DNA of 64,000 nt from Betaproteobacteria bacterium (GCA_020354125.1 CP070643.1:1389991-1453990), one strand, 5' to 3'. Shown: positions 52,904 through 63,524, counted from the stretch's first letter. Numbers and translations: made by a program. Notes: a model not told the origin generated them from the sequence alone.

Positions 52904-54169
52904 GTGCAGCAGATACAGCTGGCAGCCGCAGCGGCCGTGCAGTCAGTCTTATCCGGCCACAGTCTGACGGACGCTCTGGATAGAGAGTTTCGCAAAGGCT
53001 TGTTGACAGACCAGCAACGCGCAGCGGTTCAAGCCTGCGGATACGGTACGTTGCGCCATCTTGGTTTCTTGCGGTTCGTGCTGGACCGGTTGGTGAAGCG
53101 CAAACCAAAAAATGACAAGGTTGTTTCTATACTGCTGGTCGCGCTCTATCAACTTCAGTACAGCAAGGCAGCGCACTATGCAGTTGTTGATCATGCCGTG
53201 AAGAGCGTCGGGGCAATAGGCGGGCGCACGCTGAAGCCTTTTGCTAACGCAGTGTTGCGCGAGTATTTGCGTAAGCGCCAGGATCTCCTGGATACCGCGA
53301 GCCGTGACGACGTTGCCCGGTTGTCCTATCCACGCTGGTGGATAGACAAACTGCGCGCGCAGTTGGGCCAGCAGGCGGATTTGGTCATGGAACTCGGCAA
53401 CCTGCATCCGCCAATGACGCTGCGCGTCAACCGGCGTCAACTGGAGCCTGTGCTGTATGTCTCGATGTTGGCGGAGCAAGGTTTCGGAGCAACATGGATC
53501 TCTGCAGAAGCTGTGCGATTGGACGAGCCTGTCAGCGTGGAACGCTTGCCCGGCTTTGCCGACGGTGTCGTATCGGTGCAGGACGCGGGTGCGCAAATCT
53601 CGGCGCATCTTCTCGATTTGCAGCCCGGTCAGCACGTACTAGATGCGTGTGCGGCACCAGGTGGAAAGACCGGCCACATGCTCGAGCTCGCTGACGTTCA
53701 CATGACTGCGCTCGACCGCGACTGCGAGCGACTTAAGCGCGTCACGGAAAACCTGGAGCGGCTCGGGTTTCGCGCTCATATACAGTGCGCCGATGCCACC
53801 GACCTTGCTTCCTGGTGGGATGGCACACCGGTAGATCGCGTTTTGCTCGATGCACCTTGCAGTGCGTCCGGCGTGGTGCGGCGCCACCCCGACGTAAAAT
53901 GGTTACGACGGCCTGAAGACATCGCCGGATTCCGCGGCCAGCAAAGAGGTCTGTTGGATGCCTTGTGGCAGGTCGTTGCTCCCAATGGTAAATTGCTCTA
54001 TGTGACTTGTTCCATTTTTCGGGAAGAGAATGAGGAGCAGGTGGACTGGTTTCTGTCCCGCCATGCCGACGCGCTCCTTGAAACGCGACATGACTGTCAA
54101 CGAGGCGGCCTGCTACTTCCCTCAAAAGAGCACGATGGTTTCTTCCACGCCCTGTTCGAGAAGGTCTAG
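52904..54169 (+). CDS. rsmB: 16S rRNA m5C967 methyltransferase RsmB (Sun)
   Basis: 421 aa, with a NusB-like N-domain, the SAM motif VLDACAAPGGKT, and catalytic DAPCSASG / TCS. Confidence 0.9.
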   Translation: MQQIQLAAAAAVQSVLSGHSLTDALDREFRKGLLTDQQRAAVQACGYGTLRHLGFLRFVLDRLVKRKPKNDKVVSILLVALYQLQYSKAAHYAVVDHAVKSVGAIGGRTLKPFANAVLREYLRKRQDLLDTASRDDVARLSYPRWWIDKLRAQLGQQADLVMELGNLHPPMTLRVNRRQLEPVLYVSMLAEQGFGATWISAEAVRLDEPVSVERLPGFADGVVSVQDAGAQISAHLLDLQPGQHVLDACAAPGGKTGHMLELADVHMTALDRDCERLKRVTENLERLGFRAHIQCADATDLASWWDGTPVDRVLLDAPCSASGVVRRHPDVKWLRRPEDIAGFRGQQRGLLDALWQVVAPNGKLLYVTCSIFREENEEQVDWFLSRHADALLETRHDCQRGGLLLPSKEHDGFFHALFEKV

Positions 54170-54423
54170 CAGGTTGTTGAAAAACGTCGCGAGCGACCTT
54201 CAGCCGGTGCGTACTCGCTTTGATGAAACCAGTGCGCAGGAGCCGGAGTGTACAGAGCGAGTACATGAGGCCGAGAGCGGAATTGGCGCGGCACGCAGCG
54301 CCCGCTCGCAGCGCCCGGCAACTTTGTTGCCGGGCCGGACCGCCGAAGGCGGACGAGCATCGGTTCAAATCAATACGGGCGCAAGCCCGGATCAGGGTCG
54401 CGCAATAGTGTTTCAACAACTTG
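54170..54423 (-). mobile_element. MITE-like repeat, copy C (254 bp, inverted relative to A and B)
   Basis: It starts caggttgttgaaaaacgtcgcgag and ends ...gtgtttcaacaacttg. The reverse complement aligns end to end with copy A. It is flanked by perfect CTAG direct repeats at 54166-54169 and 54424-54427. Confidence 0.85.
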
Positions 54424-54977
54424 CTAGGTTTTACGCTCTGCTGCTGGGTGCCTGTCTGCTGGTGTGCAGTACACTGGTTCGGGCAGACAATATCTTCGTC
54501 CAGTCTGTTGATCTGACCACTAACGGCGGCGAGTATTTTCTTAGTGCAAGTTTCGATATCGTGCTCACGCCGACAGTCGAAGACGCGCTCAATCGTGGTG
54601 TTCCGTTGCACTTCCTGGTCGAGTTCGAGGTCATCTATCCTCGCTGGTACACGCTTTATTTCTGGAACAAGCGGATTGTCGAGCAGCAGCAGAATTACCG
54701 CCTGAGTTACAACGCCCTGACGCGCCAATACCGGCTTGGCTACGGCGTGGTGTATCAGACCTTTTACACACTCGACAATGCATTATCGGTGCTCGGCAAT
54801 ATCGAGGGTCAACAGGTATTTGACCAATCAGAGCTCGATGACGACCGCGTCTACGAGGCGGCACTGCGAATGCGACTTGACGTCGAGCGACTACCCAAGC
54901 CAATTCAAATCGATGCGCTTGGCTCCGATGCCTGGGACGTGGCTTCGCCATGGTTCCGCTGGACGGTGCAAAGATGA
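54408..54977 (+). CDS. DUF4390 domain protein (periplasmic, precedes ntrY)
   Basis: Signal peptide-like LARFYALLLGACLLVCSTLVRA, then a DUF4390-like body. No ATG is available. The GTG at 54408 is in frame and lies inside the terminal arm of MITE copy C, so the start is uncertain. The ORF-track start at 54030 overlaps rsmB and is rejected. Confidence 0.65.
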   Translation: MFQQLARFYALLLGACLLVCSTLVRADNIFVQSVDLTTNGGEYFLSASFDIVLTPTVEDALNRGVPLHFLVEFEVIYPRWYTLYFWNKRIVEQQQNYRLSYNALTRQYRLGYGVVYQTFYTLDNALSVLGNIEGQQVFDQSELDDDRVYEAALRMRLDVERLPKPIQIDALGSDAWDVASPWFRWTVQR

Positions 54978-57169
54978 AGCGATCCATTCAGAGATTGCGC
55001 AAGTCGTTCATGAACCGTGGCGCACGTTATGTGGTCGCGGTCGCGTTGATTCTCGGCGTCGTAATGCTTTATTTGTTGTCGACTGCGAGTACCAACACGA
55101 CCGAATTTGCTAACGATTTGCCGCTCTTGCTCGGCTTGGGTGTCGCCGTACTCGTCGTGCTGCTATTACTGGTGGGCTTGCAACTGGTCACGGTTCGACG
55201 CCGCCTGAAGGCGCGCGTGTTCGGTTCCAAACTGACGCTGCGTTTGGTCGTGGTTTTCACCATGGTGTCGGTATTGCCGGGTGTGTTGATGTACGGTATT
55301 TCAGTTCAATTTCTCGCTGGCTCGATCGAATCGTGGTTCGACGTGAGGGTCGACAGCGCGCTGGAAGGTGGGCTGAATCTCGGCCGGGTAAATCTTGAGA
55401 CCGGTTTGCGCGAACTCCAGCGAAAAGCAGACTCGATGGCGGTCAGTCTGTCTGATGGACAGGATGGCGCGCGGGTGGCCGCGCTCAACGATTTGCGTGA
55501 ACAGGCCGCCGTGCATGAAGCCGCGTTGTTAACACCGGAGGGGGACATCGTTGCTTTCTCTGGAACAGATCCTGAACAGCTGATACCGGTGATGCCCAAT
55601 CCATCGGTATTGCGCCAGGTGAGATTGCAGCAGCCTTACCTTTCTATTGAGGAAGACAGCGAATCCAGTTTGCGACTGCGTGTGGCCGTGCCTGTTAATT
55701 ACCCTGCGGGCGAGACGGAAATCCTGCAGCTGGTGCAACCTGTCTCGGAAAAACTCGCGCGTGATGCGGCGATGGTGCAGGAAGCCTACCGTGATTACCA
55801 GGCATTATCGCTGTCGCGAGAAGGTCTGAAGCGTTTGTACACCCTGGCCTTGACGCTTTCGCTTGGACTTGCATTGCTTTCGGTGCTGCTGCTGGCGATC
55901 ATGTTTAGTAACCGCCTGTCTGCGCCGCTTGGTTTCCTTGCTGCCGGAACGCGTGCGGTGGCGCAAGGCGACTTCAGCCAGCGCCAACCGGTGCAGCGCC
56001 AGGATGAGCTCGGGGTACTCACCGAGTCATTCAATGGCATGACACGCCAGCTGTCCGAGGCACAGACTGCTGCGCAACAGCATCAGGAAGCACTGTCTGC
56101 GGCGAATGCCTACCTGGAAAGTATTCTGGCAAATCTTTCGGCCGGTGTGCTTTCATTTGACACAGACTTCCGTCTGCGTGCCAGCAATCGCAGTGCTGAG
56201 AAAATTCTCGGGGCGGATCTTACCCAGTTGATCGGAACCAGTGTTGCCGATTGGGAGACAAGCGCTCCGCGGCTGGTGAATATCTGTCAGGCGGCTCGGG
56301 CCCGCTTCGTCAAAGGCGGTGAGACAACATGGCAGCAACAAATTCAAGTCGATACCCAGGCAGGCAAGCAAGTCCTTTAACTGCGCGGTTCACAGCTTCT
56401 GGAAGGTGAAGAAAAAGGTTACGTAGTGGTATTTGACGATGTAACGGAACTGCTGCAAGCGCAGCGCTATGCCGCGTGGGGCGAAGTCGCGCGTCGTCTT
56501 GCACATGAGATCAAGAATCCGTTAACACCAATACAGTTGTCGGCGGAGCGTTTGCAGCGCAGGTTATCGGAAAAGCTGGAGACATCGGATTCCGATGTTC
56601 TGAATCGTTCTACGCAGACGATCGTCAACCAGGTTTCCGCGCTGAAAGGCATGGTGAATGCGTTCAGCGAGTATGCGCGCTCCCCTGAACCCGACCTGGC
56701 GGCGGTTGATTTGAACGCATTGGTCGGCGACGTACTGGAGCTGTACGAGGCTTCAAGACCGTTGCTGCGTGCTGAACTGGACCCGCAGCTACCGACCGTT
56801 TTTGGAGACTCGGCAAAACTGCGCCAGGTATTGCACAATTTGCTTCAGAATGCTGAGCAAGCGGTTGCCGAAGTCAGCCAACCACAAATTGTCGTGCGCA
56901 CCGAGGCAATGGAAAATGGTGTCGTGCTTTCGGTACGCGATAATGGGGTCGGTTTTCCGGAAGAGATGATGGCGCGCGTGTTTGAGCCCTACGTAAGCAG
57001 CAGGTTGCGCGGCACCGGCCTCGGCCTTGCCATCGTGAAGAAGATCGTGGAAGAACATAATGGCAGCGTCACCATATCGAATCCGGCTTCCGGGGGAGCG
57101 CTGGTTGAGATTCGGTTGTCAAAGGTTGCTGGGGTGGCAGGCGTCCAGCAAGCTGTAGTTAACCGTTAG
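54974..57169 (+). pseudogene. ntrY: NtrY-like sensor histidine kinase interrupted by one in-frame TAA (56378-56380)
   Basis: ORFs 54950..56380 (TM-HAMP-PAS) and 56426..57169 (HisKA HEIKNPLTPIQLSAERL plus HATPase) are in the same frame. The read-through translation ...AGKQVL*LRGSQLLEGEEKGYVVVFDDVTELLQAQR is colinear with intact NtrY proteins. The ATG at 54974 overlaps the DUF4390 stop (ATGA). Confidence 0.75.
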
Positions 57170-57183
57170 CAGGTCAGAGCAGG

Positions 57184-58443
57184 ATGAGCGAGATTCTTGT
57201 CGTAGATGATGAAGTTGGTATCCGTGAATTGTTGTCCGAGATTCTGCGGGAAGAAGGTCATCAGGTTCGTCTCGCCGAAAGCGCATCTCAGGCCAGGAAT
57301 TCCCGGTCGCAGTCGACACCCGACCTAGTATTGCTGGACATCTGGATGCCCGATAGTGACGGGGTCACCTTGCTCAAGGAATGGGCGTCGACCGGACAAC
57401 TCACCATGCCGGTCGTTATGATGTCCGGTCACGGCACCATTGACACGGCCGTGGAAGCGACGCGGATCGGAGCCTACGGATTTCTCGAGAAACCGATCGC
57501 GTTGCAGAAATTGCTGTCGACTGTCGGCTCGGCACTTGCACAAGGACCTGCCAGTGAGCGGTCGATGCCTTCGTTTGCCACGATTGGCAAATCGGCTGCC
57601 GTCACCCAGCTTCGGGAACAAATTGAGCGTGTAGGAAAACTGCGCGGTTCGGTACTATTTGTCGAGCCGCCGGGTGCAGGCGCAGACCAGTGCGCACGAC
57701 TTCTGAGAAAACACGATGAGCCGTGGGTCGAAGTAACCAGCCCTGGTGAGTTTGACCAGCGTCGCTTCGAACTCGCGCAACTGGCCCATCAGGGAATCGT
57801 CTATTTGCGTGAAGTTCAGGAATTGTCACGCGAGCAGCAATATGCTCTGTTGGCGACAATGGCCGATCTCGAAGCAAGCGGCGCGCGCTTGTTGTCTTCG
57901 ACAACTGTTTCCTTGCCCGATCGCATCGTCGATGGTTCATTCGAGTCGCGCCTCTATGCGGTCATTGCCGGTACCATTATTCGTGTGCCGGCATTGTGCG
58001 AACGCTCCGAGGATATTCCGGAGCTAATTGAAGCAATGCTCGCTCAATTATTGACAGTGCATGACTCGCGGCCACGGAGTTTTGCGATGGCGGCTCTCAA
58101 TATGCTGCGCAACTATCACTGGCCGTGTAACCTGATACAACTGCAAACGGTGGTACAAAGCTGTCTGCAGCTTGCGTCGGGATCTGAAATCGGTATCGGC
58201 GACGTGACCAATGCGTTGGCCGAGTTTGATGTTGCAGTGCCGATGCAAGATGAGAGATTCAATCTCGATCGCGATTTGCGTGCCGCGCGAGAGGATTTCG
58301 AGAGGGTCTACTTCGAGTATCACCTGAGCCGGGAAGATGGCAATATGTCCCGTGTTGCCGGTCGTGCTGGGCTCGAGCGAACTCACCTGTACCGTAAGAT
58401 CAAGCAGCTTGGATTAAAACCACCCCGGCGCCCGGACGACTGA
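57184..58443 (+). CDS. ntrX: NtrX-like response regulator (REC + degenerate AAA+ + Fis-type HTH)
   Basis: REC domain (ILVVDDE...DLVLLDIWMPD...KP). The central domain is alignable to sigma54 activators but has EPPGAGAD in place of Walker A GxxGxGKE, and no GAFTGA. C-terminal HTH is GNMSRVAGRAGLERTHLYRKIKQLGL. Confidence 0.8.
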   Translation: MSEILVVDDEVGIRELLSEILREEGHQVRLAESASQARNSRSQSTPDLVLLDIWMPDSDGVTLLKEWASTGQLTMPVVMMSGHGTIDTAVEATRIGAYGFLEKPIALQKLLSTVGSALAQGPASERSMPSFATIGKSAAVTQLREQIERVGKLRGSVLFVEPPGAGADQCARLLRKHDEPWVEVTSPGEFDQRRFELAQLAHQGIVYLREVQELSREQQYALLATMADLEASGARLLSSTTVSLPDRIVDGSFESRLYAVIAGTIIRVPALCERSEDIPELIEAMLAQLLTVHDSRPRSFAMAALNMLRNYHWPCNLIQLQTVVQSCLQLASGSEIGIGDVTNALAEFDVAVPMQDERFNLDRDLRAAREDFERVYFEYHLSREDGNMSRVAGRAGLERTHLYRKIKQLGLKPPRRPDD

Positions 58444-58496
58444 CTGCGCCTGCCTCACTGGCTAGGATAGAATAGCGCCGCTCTCAGTATCAAATG

Positions 58497-58528
58497 ATCC
58501 CGGAACGCCTGTTCCGGGATTTTGTTTT
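58497..58528 (+). terminator. rho-independent terminator after ntrX
   Basis: atcccggaac-gcct-gttccggga followed by ttttgtttt. Confidence 0.7.
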
Positions 58529-58542
58529 CCTGGAAAAGACCA

Positions 58543-60537
58543 ATGGCAAACAGATCAGAATTGGCTAACGCAATCCGTGCGCTGGCAATGGACGCCGTAC
58601 AAAAGGCGAATTCGGGGCATCCGGGGATGCCGATGGGAATGGCCGATATCGCCGAGGTATTGTGGCGCAAATACCTGCGTCACAGTCCCGCCAATCCTTC
58701 CTGGTTTAACCGGGACCGCTTCGTTCTCTCGAATGGCCATGGCTCGATGCTGCTCTATGCCCTGTTGCATCTGACCGGCTACGACTTGCCGATAGACCAG
58801 ATCAAGGCATTTCGGCAACTGCACTCAAAGACGCCCGGGCATCCAGAGTATGGTCTGACTCCAGGCGTTGAGACCACCACCGGTCCGCTCGGACAGGGTC
58901 TGGCCAACGCAGTCGGAATGGCAATTGCAGAGCAGGCTCTCGCTGCTGAATTCAACCGTCCCGATTTCAAGTTGGTTGATCACCACACGTACGCCTTCGT
59001 CGGCGACGGTTGTCTGATGGAAGGCATATCGCATGAAGCGTGTTCACTCGCTGGTGTACTGGGGCTGGGAAAGCTGATTGTGATGTATGATGACAATGGC
59101 ATTTCCATTGACTCGGATAAGGCCCACATTAGTCTGTGGTTTTCGGATGAAACGCACAAGCGCTTTGAAGCTTACGGATGGCATGTTATCGACGGCGTCG
59201 ATGGGCACGATCCTGGCGCAGTGGATCGAGCCATTGGTGAGGCTCGATCAATCACTGAGAAACCGACCCTCATTTGTTGCAAGACGAAGATCGGAAAGGG
59301 TTCACCCAACAAGCAGGACACGGGTGCAGCGCATGGCGCAGCACTTGGCGAGGATGAAGTTGCGGCGACGCGCCAGGCACTGGGTTGGTCGCATCCTCCG
59401 TTTGAGATTCCGGAGCACATTTATGCTGCCTGGGATGCGCGTGGGCAGGGCGCTGAATATGAGACCGAATGGACCCGGCTGCTCGAGAATTACACCGCCA
59501 GGTTCCCCACAGAGGCAGCCGAGTTCCAGCGCAGGATCAAGGGTGAGTTGCCAGCCGAATGGGTAAGTGAACGTGACGCTGTAATTACCGAGGTCGCAGA
59601 CAAAGCGGAGAAACTGGCGACACGGAAAGCCTCCCAGAATGCGCTGGAAGCATTTGCACCGCTGATGCCGGAACTGATCGGCGGCTCGGCTGATCTTGCC
59701 GGTTCCAATCTCACCATGTGGTCTGGCTCCAAACCAGTTTCCGAGGGCGGCGGCAACTATGTGTTCTACGGTGTGCGCGAGTTTGGCATGGCGGCAATGA
59801 TGAACGGTATGGCGTTGCATGGCGGATGCAGACCATATGGCGGCACCTTTCTTGTGTTCTCCGATTATTGCCGCAATGCACTGCGTGTCGCTGCCTTGAT
59901 GGGCGTTGGCAGCATCTTCGTGTTCACGCATGACTCGATCGGACTTGGCGAAGACGGGCCAACGCACCAACCAATCGAACACGCTGCTAGTCTGCGTCAG
60001 ATTCCGAATATGGATGTCTGGCGGCCGTGCGATGCTGTTGAGACAGCAATTGCCTGGGCGATGGCGGTTGAACGCAGGAACGGGCCAAGCAGCCTGCTGC
60101 TGACGCGTCAAGGCGTTCCGCACCAGCAACGTTCTACGTCACAGATTGAACAGGTGCAGCGAGGCGGATACATACTATCGGACGTCGACGATCCACATGT
60201 CATTATTCTTGCAACCGGATCGGAAGTAGCACTTGCCATGAGCGCGCAGCGCACGTTGGCGGATGCGGGTACTCGGGCGCGGGTCGTATCGATGCCGTCA
60301 ACAACTGTGTTCGACCGGCAAGAGCAGTCGTACAGCGACAGTGTCTTGACTCCAGGTGTGCCACGCGTTGCAGTCGAAGCGGGCGTAACCGATTTCTGGC
60401 GTAAGTATATCGGTCTCGATGGTGCGGTGATCGGCATCGACCGGTTTGGAGAATCCGCGCCAGGCGGTGCACTGTATGAGCACTTTGGAATCACCGCAGA
60501 TGCTGTCGTCGCTGCAGTGGAAAAAACACTGAGCTGA
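58543..60537 (+). CDS. tkt: transketolase
   Basis: [37 protein letters not shown], the ThDP motif [10 protein letters not shown], 664 aa. The ORF-track start at 58522 adds 7 codons that would overlap the terminator. Confidence 0.95.
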   Translation: MANRSELANAIRALAMDAVQKANSGHPGMPMGMADIAEVLWRKYLRHSPANPSWFNRDRFVLSNGHGSMLLYALLHLTGYDLPIDQIKAFRQLHSKTPGHPEYGLTPGVETTTGPLGQGLANAVGMAIAEQALAAEFNRPDFKLVDHHTYAFVGDGCLMEGISHEACSLAGVLGLGKLIVMYDDNGISIDSDKAHISLWFSDETHKRFEAYGWHVIDGVDGHDPGAVDRAIGEARSITEKPTLICCKTKIGKGSPNKQDTGAAHGAALGEDEVAATRQALGWSHPPFEIPEHIYAAWDARGQGAEYETEWTRLLENYTARFPTEAAEFQRRIKGELPAEWVSERDAVITEVADKAEKLATRKASQNALEAFAPLMPELIGGSADLAGSNLTMWSGSKPVSEGGGNYVFYGVREFGMAAMMNGMALHGGCRPYGGTFLVFSDYCRNALRVAALMGVGSIFVFTHDSIGLGEDGPTHQPIEHAASLRQIPNMDVWRPCDAVETAIAWAMAVERRNGPSSLLLTRQGVPHQQRSTSQIEQVQRGGYILSDVDDPHVIILATGSEVALAMSAQRTLADAGTRARVVSMPSTTVFDRQEQSYSDSVLTPGVPRVAVEAGVTDFWRKYIGLDGAVIGIDRFGESAPGGALYEHFGITADAVVAAVEKTLS

Positions 60538-60560
60538 TAGTTCGACCGCGACCTTTTACG

Positions 60561-61526
60561 ATGAGTGAAGTGAAGACATCGTTGGTAGCGGATATCGGCG
60601 GAACCAACGTTCGGTTCGCTCTCGTACCAATTGGGACGACTGACACGCAGCACGAGCAAATCCTGCACTGCCAGGACTTTGACGGACCGGTTGAAGCGGT
60701 GCGTCACTATCTTGCATCGCTTGGAAACCCGCAGATTGGGGTTGCCGCTTTCGACGTCGCCACGGCGGTCACCGGAGATGTGATCAGCCTCACCAACGGC
60801 CCCTGGTCATTCTCGATCAATGCAACGCGTGATGCGCTTGGACTCGACCGGCTGCATGTGATCAATGACTTCACCGCACTGGCGCTGGCGGTGCCGATAC
60901 TCGAAGAAACCGAAGTTCGCAAAGTCGGCGGCGGCACGCCAGTTCCGGAAACCGCTATCGGTGTTCTCGGCGCAGGTACTGGCTTAGGGGTATCGGGCCT
61001 GCTGTGGCATGCTGGTCGCTGGCTGGCGGTGCAAGGTGAAGGTGGTCACGTGGCGTTCAGTCCGGTAACGGAGCGTGAGGATGCCATTCTGAAGCTTTTC
61101 CGCCGTGACTACGGAAGTCATATATCGGTCGAGCGATTCTTGAGCGGTATGGGCCTGACCAATATTTACCAGGCGCTGTGCGAGCTCGACGGCGCTCAGC
61201 CGCTGCAGCTCGAACCGGCGCAGATCACTGAAGGCGCACTTGTTGGCAGCGACGAGCGTGCATGCGAGACTGTTGACATTTTCTGCGCTGCGCTTGGCAC
61301 TACTGCGTCCAATGTTGCGATTACCCTTGGCGCACGCAGCGGTGTATACATTGGCGGCGGAATCGTGCCGAAACTGGGGGACTATTTTGACCGGTCTGCT
61401 TTTCGCGAGCGGTTCGAGGACAAAGGCCGCTTCAGCGACTATCTGTCTGCCATTCCGACCTACCTCATTGTTGCCGAGACCCCGGCACTGCGTGGCTTGG
61501 CCACGCTTCTGGGGCAAGCGGATTAG
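60561..61526 (+). CDS. glk: glucokinase
   Basis: 321 aa, with LVADIGGTNVRFAL (ATP-binding) and a Glk-type body. Confidence 0.85.
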   Translation: MSEVKTSLVADIGGTNVRFALVPIGTTDTQHEQILHCQDFDGPVEAVRHYLASLGNPQIGVAAFDVATAVTGDVISLTNGPWSFSINATRDALGLDRLHVINDFTALALAVPILEETEVRKVGGGTPVPETAIGVLGAGTGLGVSGLLWHAGRWLAVQGEGGHVAFSPVTEREDAILKLFRRDYGSHISVERFLSGMGLTNIYQALCELDGAQPLQLEPAQITEGALVGSDERACETVDIFCAALGTTASNVAITLGARSGVYIGGGIVPKLGDYFDRSAFRERFEDKGRFSDYLSAIPTYLIVAETPALRGLATLLGQAD

Positions 61527-62638
61527 CGGATTCGTGTTTCCTTGTCGGGATCGAAAAATACCAGTTTTGACAAATCAAACATGAGGTCCGCGGTGTCGCC
61601 GCTTCGAACCCTGGTTTCGGGGTGGACACGACAGGTGACCGGCGTGTCATTGAGTTGAATCAATACCAGGGTATCGGGTCCGGTCGGATGCACGACATCG
61701 ACTTTGACATTCCGTTTGACCCGATCGGTCCGTTCCGGGCCGCGTGCCATGTCGTCGGTAATCTGCTCCGGGCGGATTCCGACAATCACTTCACGACCGT
61801 TCCACGCTGACAGACCGCTCTGCACCGCGTCAGGCGCGGCCAGGAAGAAGGTTTCGCCACCATCGTGCAAGTCGACACCAATCTTGCCTTCTTTCGATGC
61901 GACCGAAGCCCGGATCAAATTCATAGGGGGAGAGCCGATGAAGCCGGCAACAAACAAATCAGCCGGATCGTCGTACACCTGCTGTGGAGAGGCGAGCTGA
62001 TGAACCTCGCCGCCCTTCATGACCGCAATCCGGTCGCCAAGTGTCATTGCTTCGATCTGGTCGTGCGTGACATAGACGATGGTTGCGTCGAGCCGCTCGT
62101 GCAAGAGCTTGATTTCGGCACGCATCTCAACGCGCAGCTTGGCGTCGAGATTTGACAACGGTTCATCAAACAAGAACAAGGCAGGATCACGCGCCAGGGC
62201 GCGTCCCATCGCGACACGCTGCCGTTGGCCACCCGACAGTTGTGACGGCATACGGTCTAGCAGGGCCTCAATCTGCAACAGCTTGGCAACCCGGTTGACG
62301 GTCTCTTCTTGTTGATCCTTGGGGATTTTGCGAATCTTCAAGCCGAAAGAAATGTTGTTGCGCACCGTCATATTGGGATATAGCGCATACGACTGGAATA
62401 CCATCGCAATGTCACGATCCTTTGGTGACAGGTCATTGACAACGCGTCCACCAATCGCAATCTCACCGCTTGAGATAGTGTCGAGACCCGCAATCATGTT
62501 GAGGAGGGTCGATTTGCCGCAGCCCGAAGGCCCTACGAGAATCAGGAATTCACCGTCTTCGACATCAATGTTGATGCCCTTCAGAACTTCGACCGGTCCG
62601 TAACGTTTCTTTACATTGATGATCGACAAGGTGCTCAT
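61523..62638 (-). CDS. sugar ABC transporter ATP-binding protein (MalK/UgpC family)
   Basis: Walker A GPSGCGKST, signature LSGGQRQR, Walker B LFLFDEPLSNLD, and a C-terminal TOBE-like regulatory domain. I prefer the ATG at 62638 (MSTLSIINVKKRYG). Confidence 0.9.
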   Translation of the reverse strand: MSTLSIINVKKRYGPVEVLKGINIDVEDGEFLILVGPSGCGKSTLLNMIAGLDTISSGEIAIGGRVVNDLSPKDRDIAMVFQSYALYPNMTVRNNISFGLKIRKIPKDQQEETVNRVAKLLQIEALLDRMPSQLSGGQRQRVAMGRALARDPALFLFDEPLSNLDAKLRVEMRAEIKLLHERLDATIVYVTHDQIEAMTLGDRIAVMKGGEVHQLASPQQVYDDPADLFVAGFIGSPPMNLIRASVASKEGKIGVDLHDGGETFFLAAPDAVQSGLSAWNGREVIVGIRPEQITDDMARGPERTDRVKRNVKVDVVHPTGPDTLVLIQLNDTPVTCRVHPETRVRSGDTADLMFDLSKLVFFDPDKETRIR

Positions 62639-62642
62639 CTTG

Positions 62643-63524
62643 TTATCCTTTAACTGCACCTGCGGTCAGCCCACGCAGGAAATATTTGCCGGCAACGATG
62701 TAGACAAACAGTGTCGGCAGCCCCGCGATAATCGCAGCCGACATGTCGACGTTGTATTCCTTTACGCCGGTCGAGGTATTCACCAGGTTGTTCAGCGCAA
62801 CTGTAATCGGCTGCCGGTCGCCGGAGGAGAACACGACACCAAACAAGAAGTCATTCCATATCTGCGTAAACTGCCAGATGACACTGACAACGATGATTGC
62901 CGGCGAGAGCGGCAGAATGATGCGCCAGAATATGGTGAAGAAGCCGGCTCCATCAATGCGCGCTGCCTTGGTCAGGTCGGATGGAACCGTAACGTAGAAA
63001 TTGCGGAAGAACAAAGTGGTGAAAGCCAGGCCATAAACGACGTGAACGAATATCAGGCCTGGAATCGAATTCGCGATGCCGAGGTAGCCGAGCGTCTGCG
63101 CCATCGGCAGCAGAATCACCTGAAACGGAATGAAGCAACCGAGTAGCAACATGGTGAACAGAACATCGCTGCCGCGAAAACGCCACATGGTTAATACATA
63201 GCCGTTGAATGCGCCGACCAGCGTTGAAATGAGGACGGCCGGCACGACGAAGCTTACCGAGTTGAGGAAATTTCCCTTGAGCCCGTTGCATTCGACACCG
63301 ATACAGGCTGTGCCCCACGCCTTGAACCAGGCAGCGAAACTGATTTCCTGCGGCAGCGCAATCAGATTGCCGGCCCGAATGTCATCCAAGGTCTTCACCG
63401 ATGTGGTCACCATGACAAACAGCGGCATCAGGTAGTACACGGCAAACACGACCAGCAGCGCATAGAGCACAGCCCGTCCCAGCCATTGCGATCCAGCTGT
63501 CTGTGTTTGGTATGTGTCAGCCAT
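62643..63524 (-). CDS. carbohydrate ABC transporter permease (MalG/UgpE-like)
   Basis: A 293-aa six-TM permease with an EAA-like loop (KAARIDGAGFFTIFWRIILPL). Confidence 0.85.
   Translation of the reverse strand: MADTYQTQTAGSQWLGRAVLYALLVVFAVYYLMPLFVMVTTSVKTLDDIRAGNLIALPQEISFAAWFKAWGTACIGVECNGLKGNFLNSVSFVVPAVLISTLVGAFNGYVLTMWRFRGSDVLFTMLLLGCFIPFQVILLPMAQTLGYLGIANSIPGLIFVHVVYGLAFTTLFFRNFYVTVPSDLTKAARIDGAGFFTIFWRIILPLSPAIIVVSVIWQFTQIWNDFLFGVVFSSGDRQPITVALNNLVNTSTGVKEYNVDMSAAIIAGLPTLFVYIVAGKYFLRGLTAGAVKG

Noticed and set aside
54030-54407. The N-terminal extension of the DUF4390 ORF (track start 54030).
   Set aside because: It overlaps the 3' end of rsmB in another frame and then reads straight through the MITE copy. 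The signal peptide begins only after the element.
58461-58528. Possible attenuator upstream of tkt (a tagaat -10-like hexamer followed by the ntrX terminator hairpin, 15 nt before the tkt start).
   Set aside because: There is no convincing -35 element, leader peptide or alternative antiterminator structure. The hairpin is explained well enough as the ntrX terminator.
61521-61526. Convergent glk and ABC ATPase genes share overlapping stop codons (TTAG gives TAG on + and TAA on -).
   Set aside because: This is real but is a trivial consequence of tight convergent packing, with no evidence of function.
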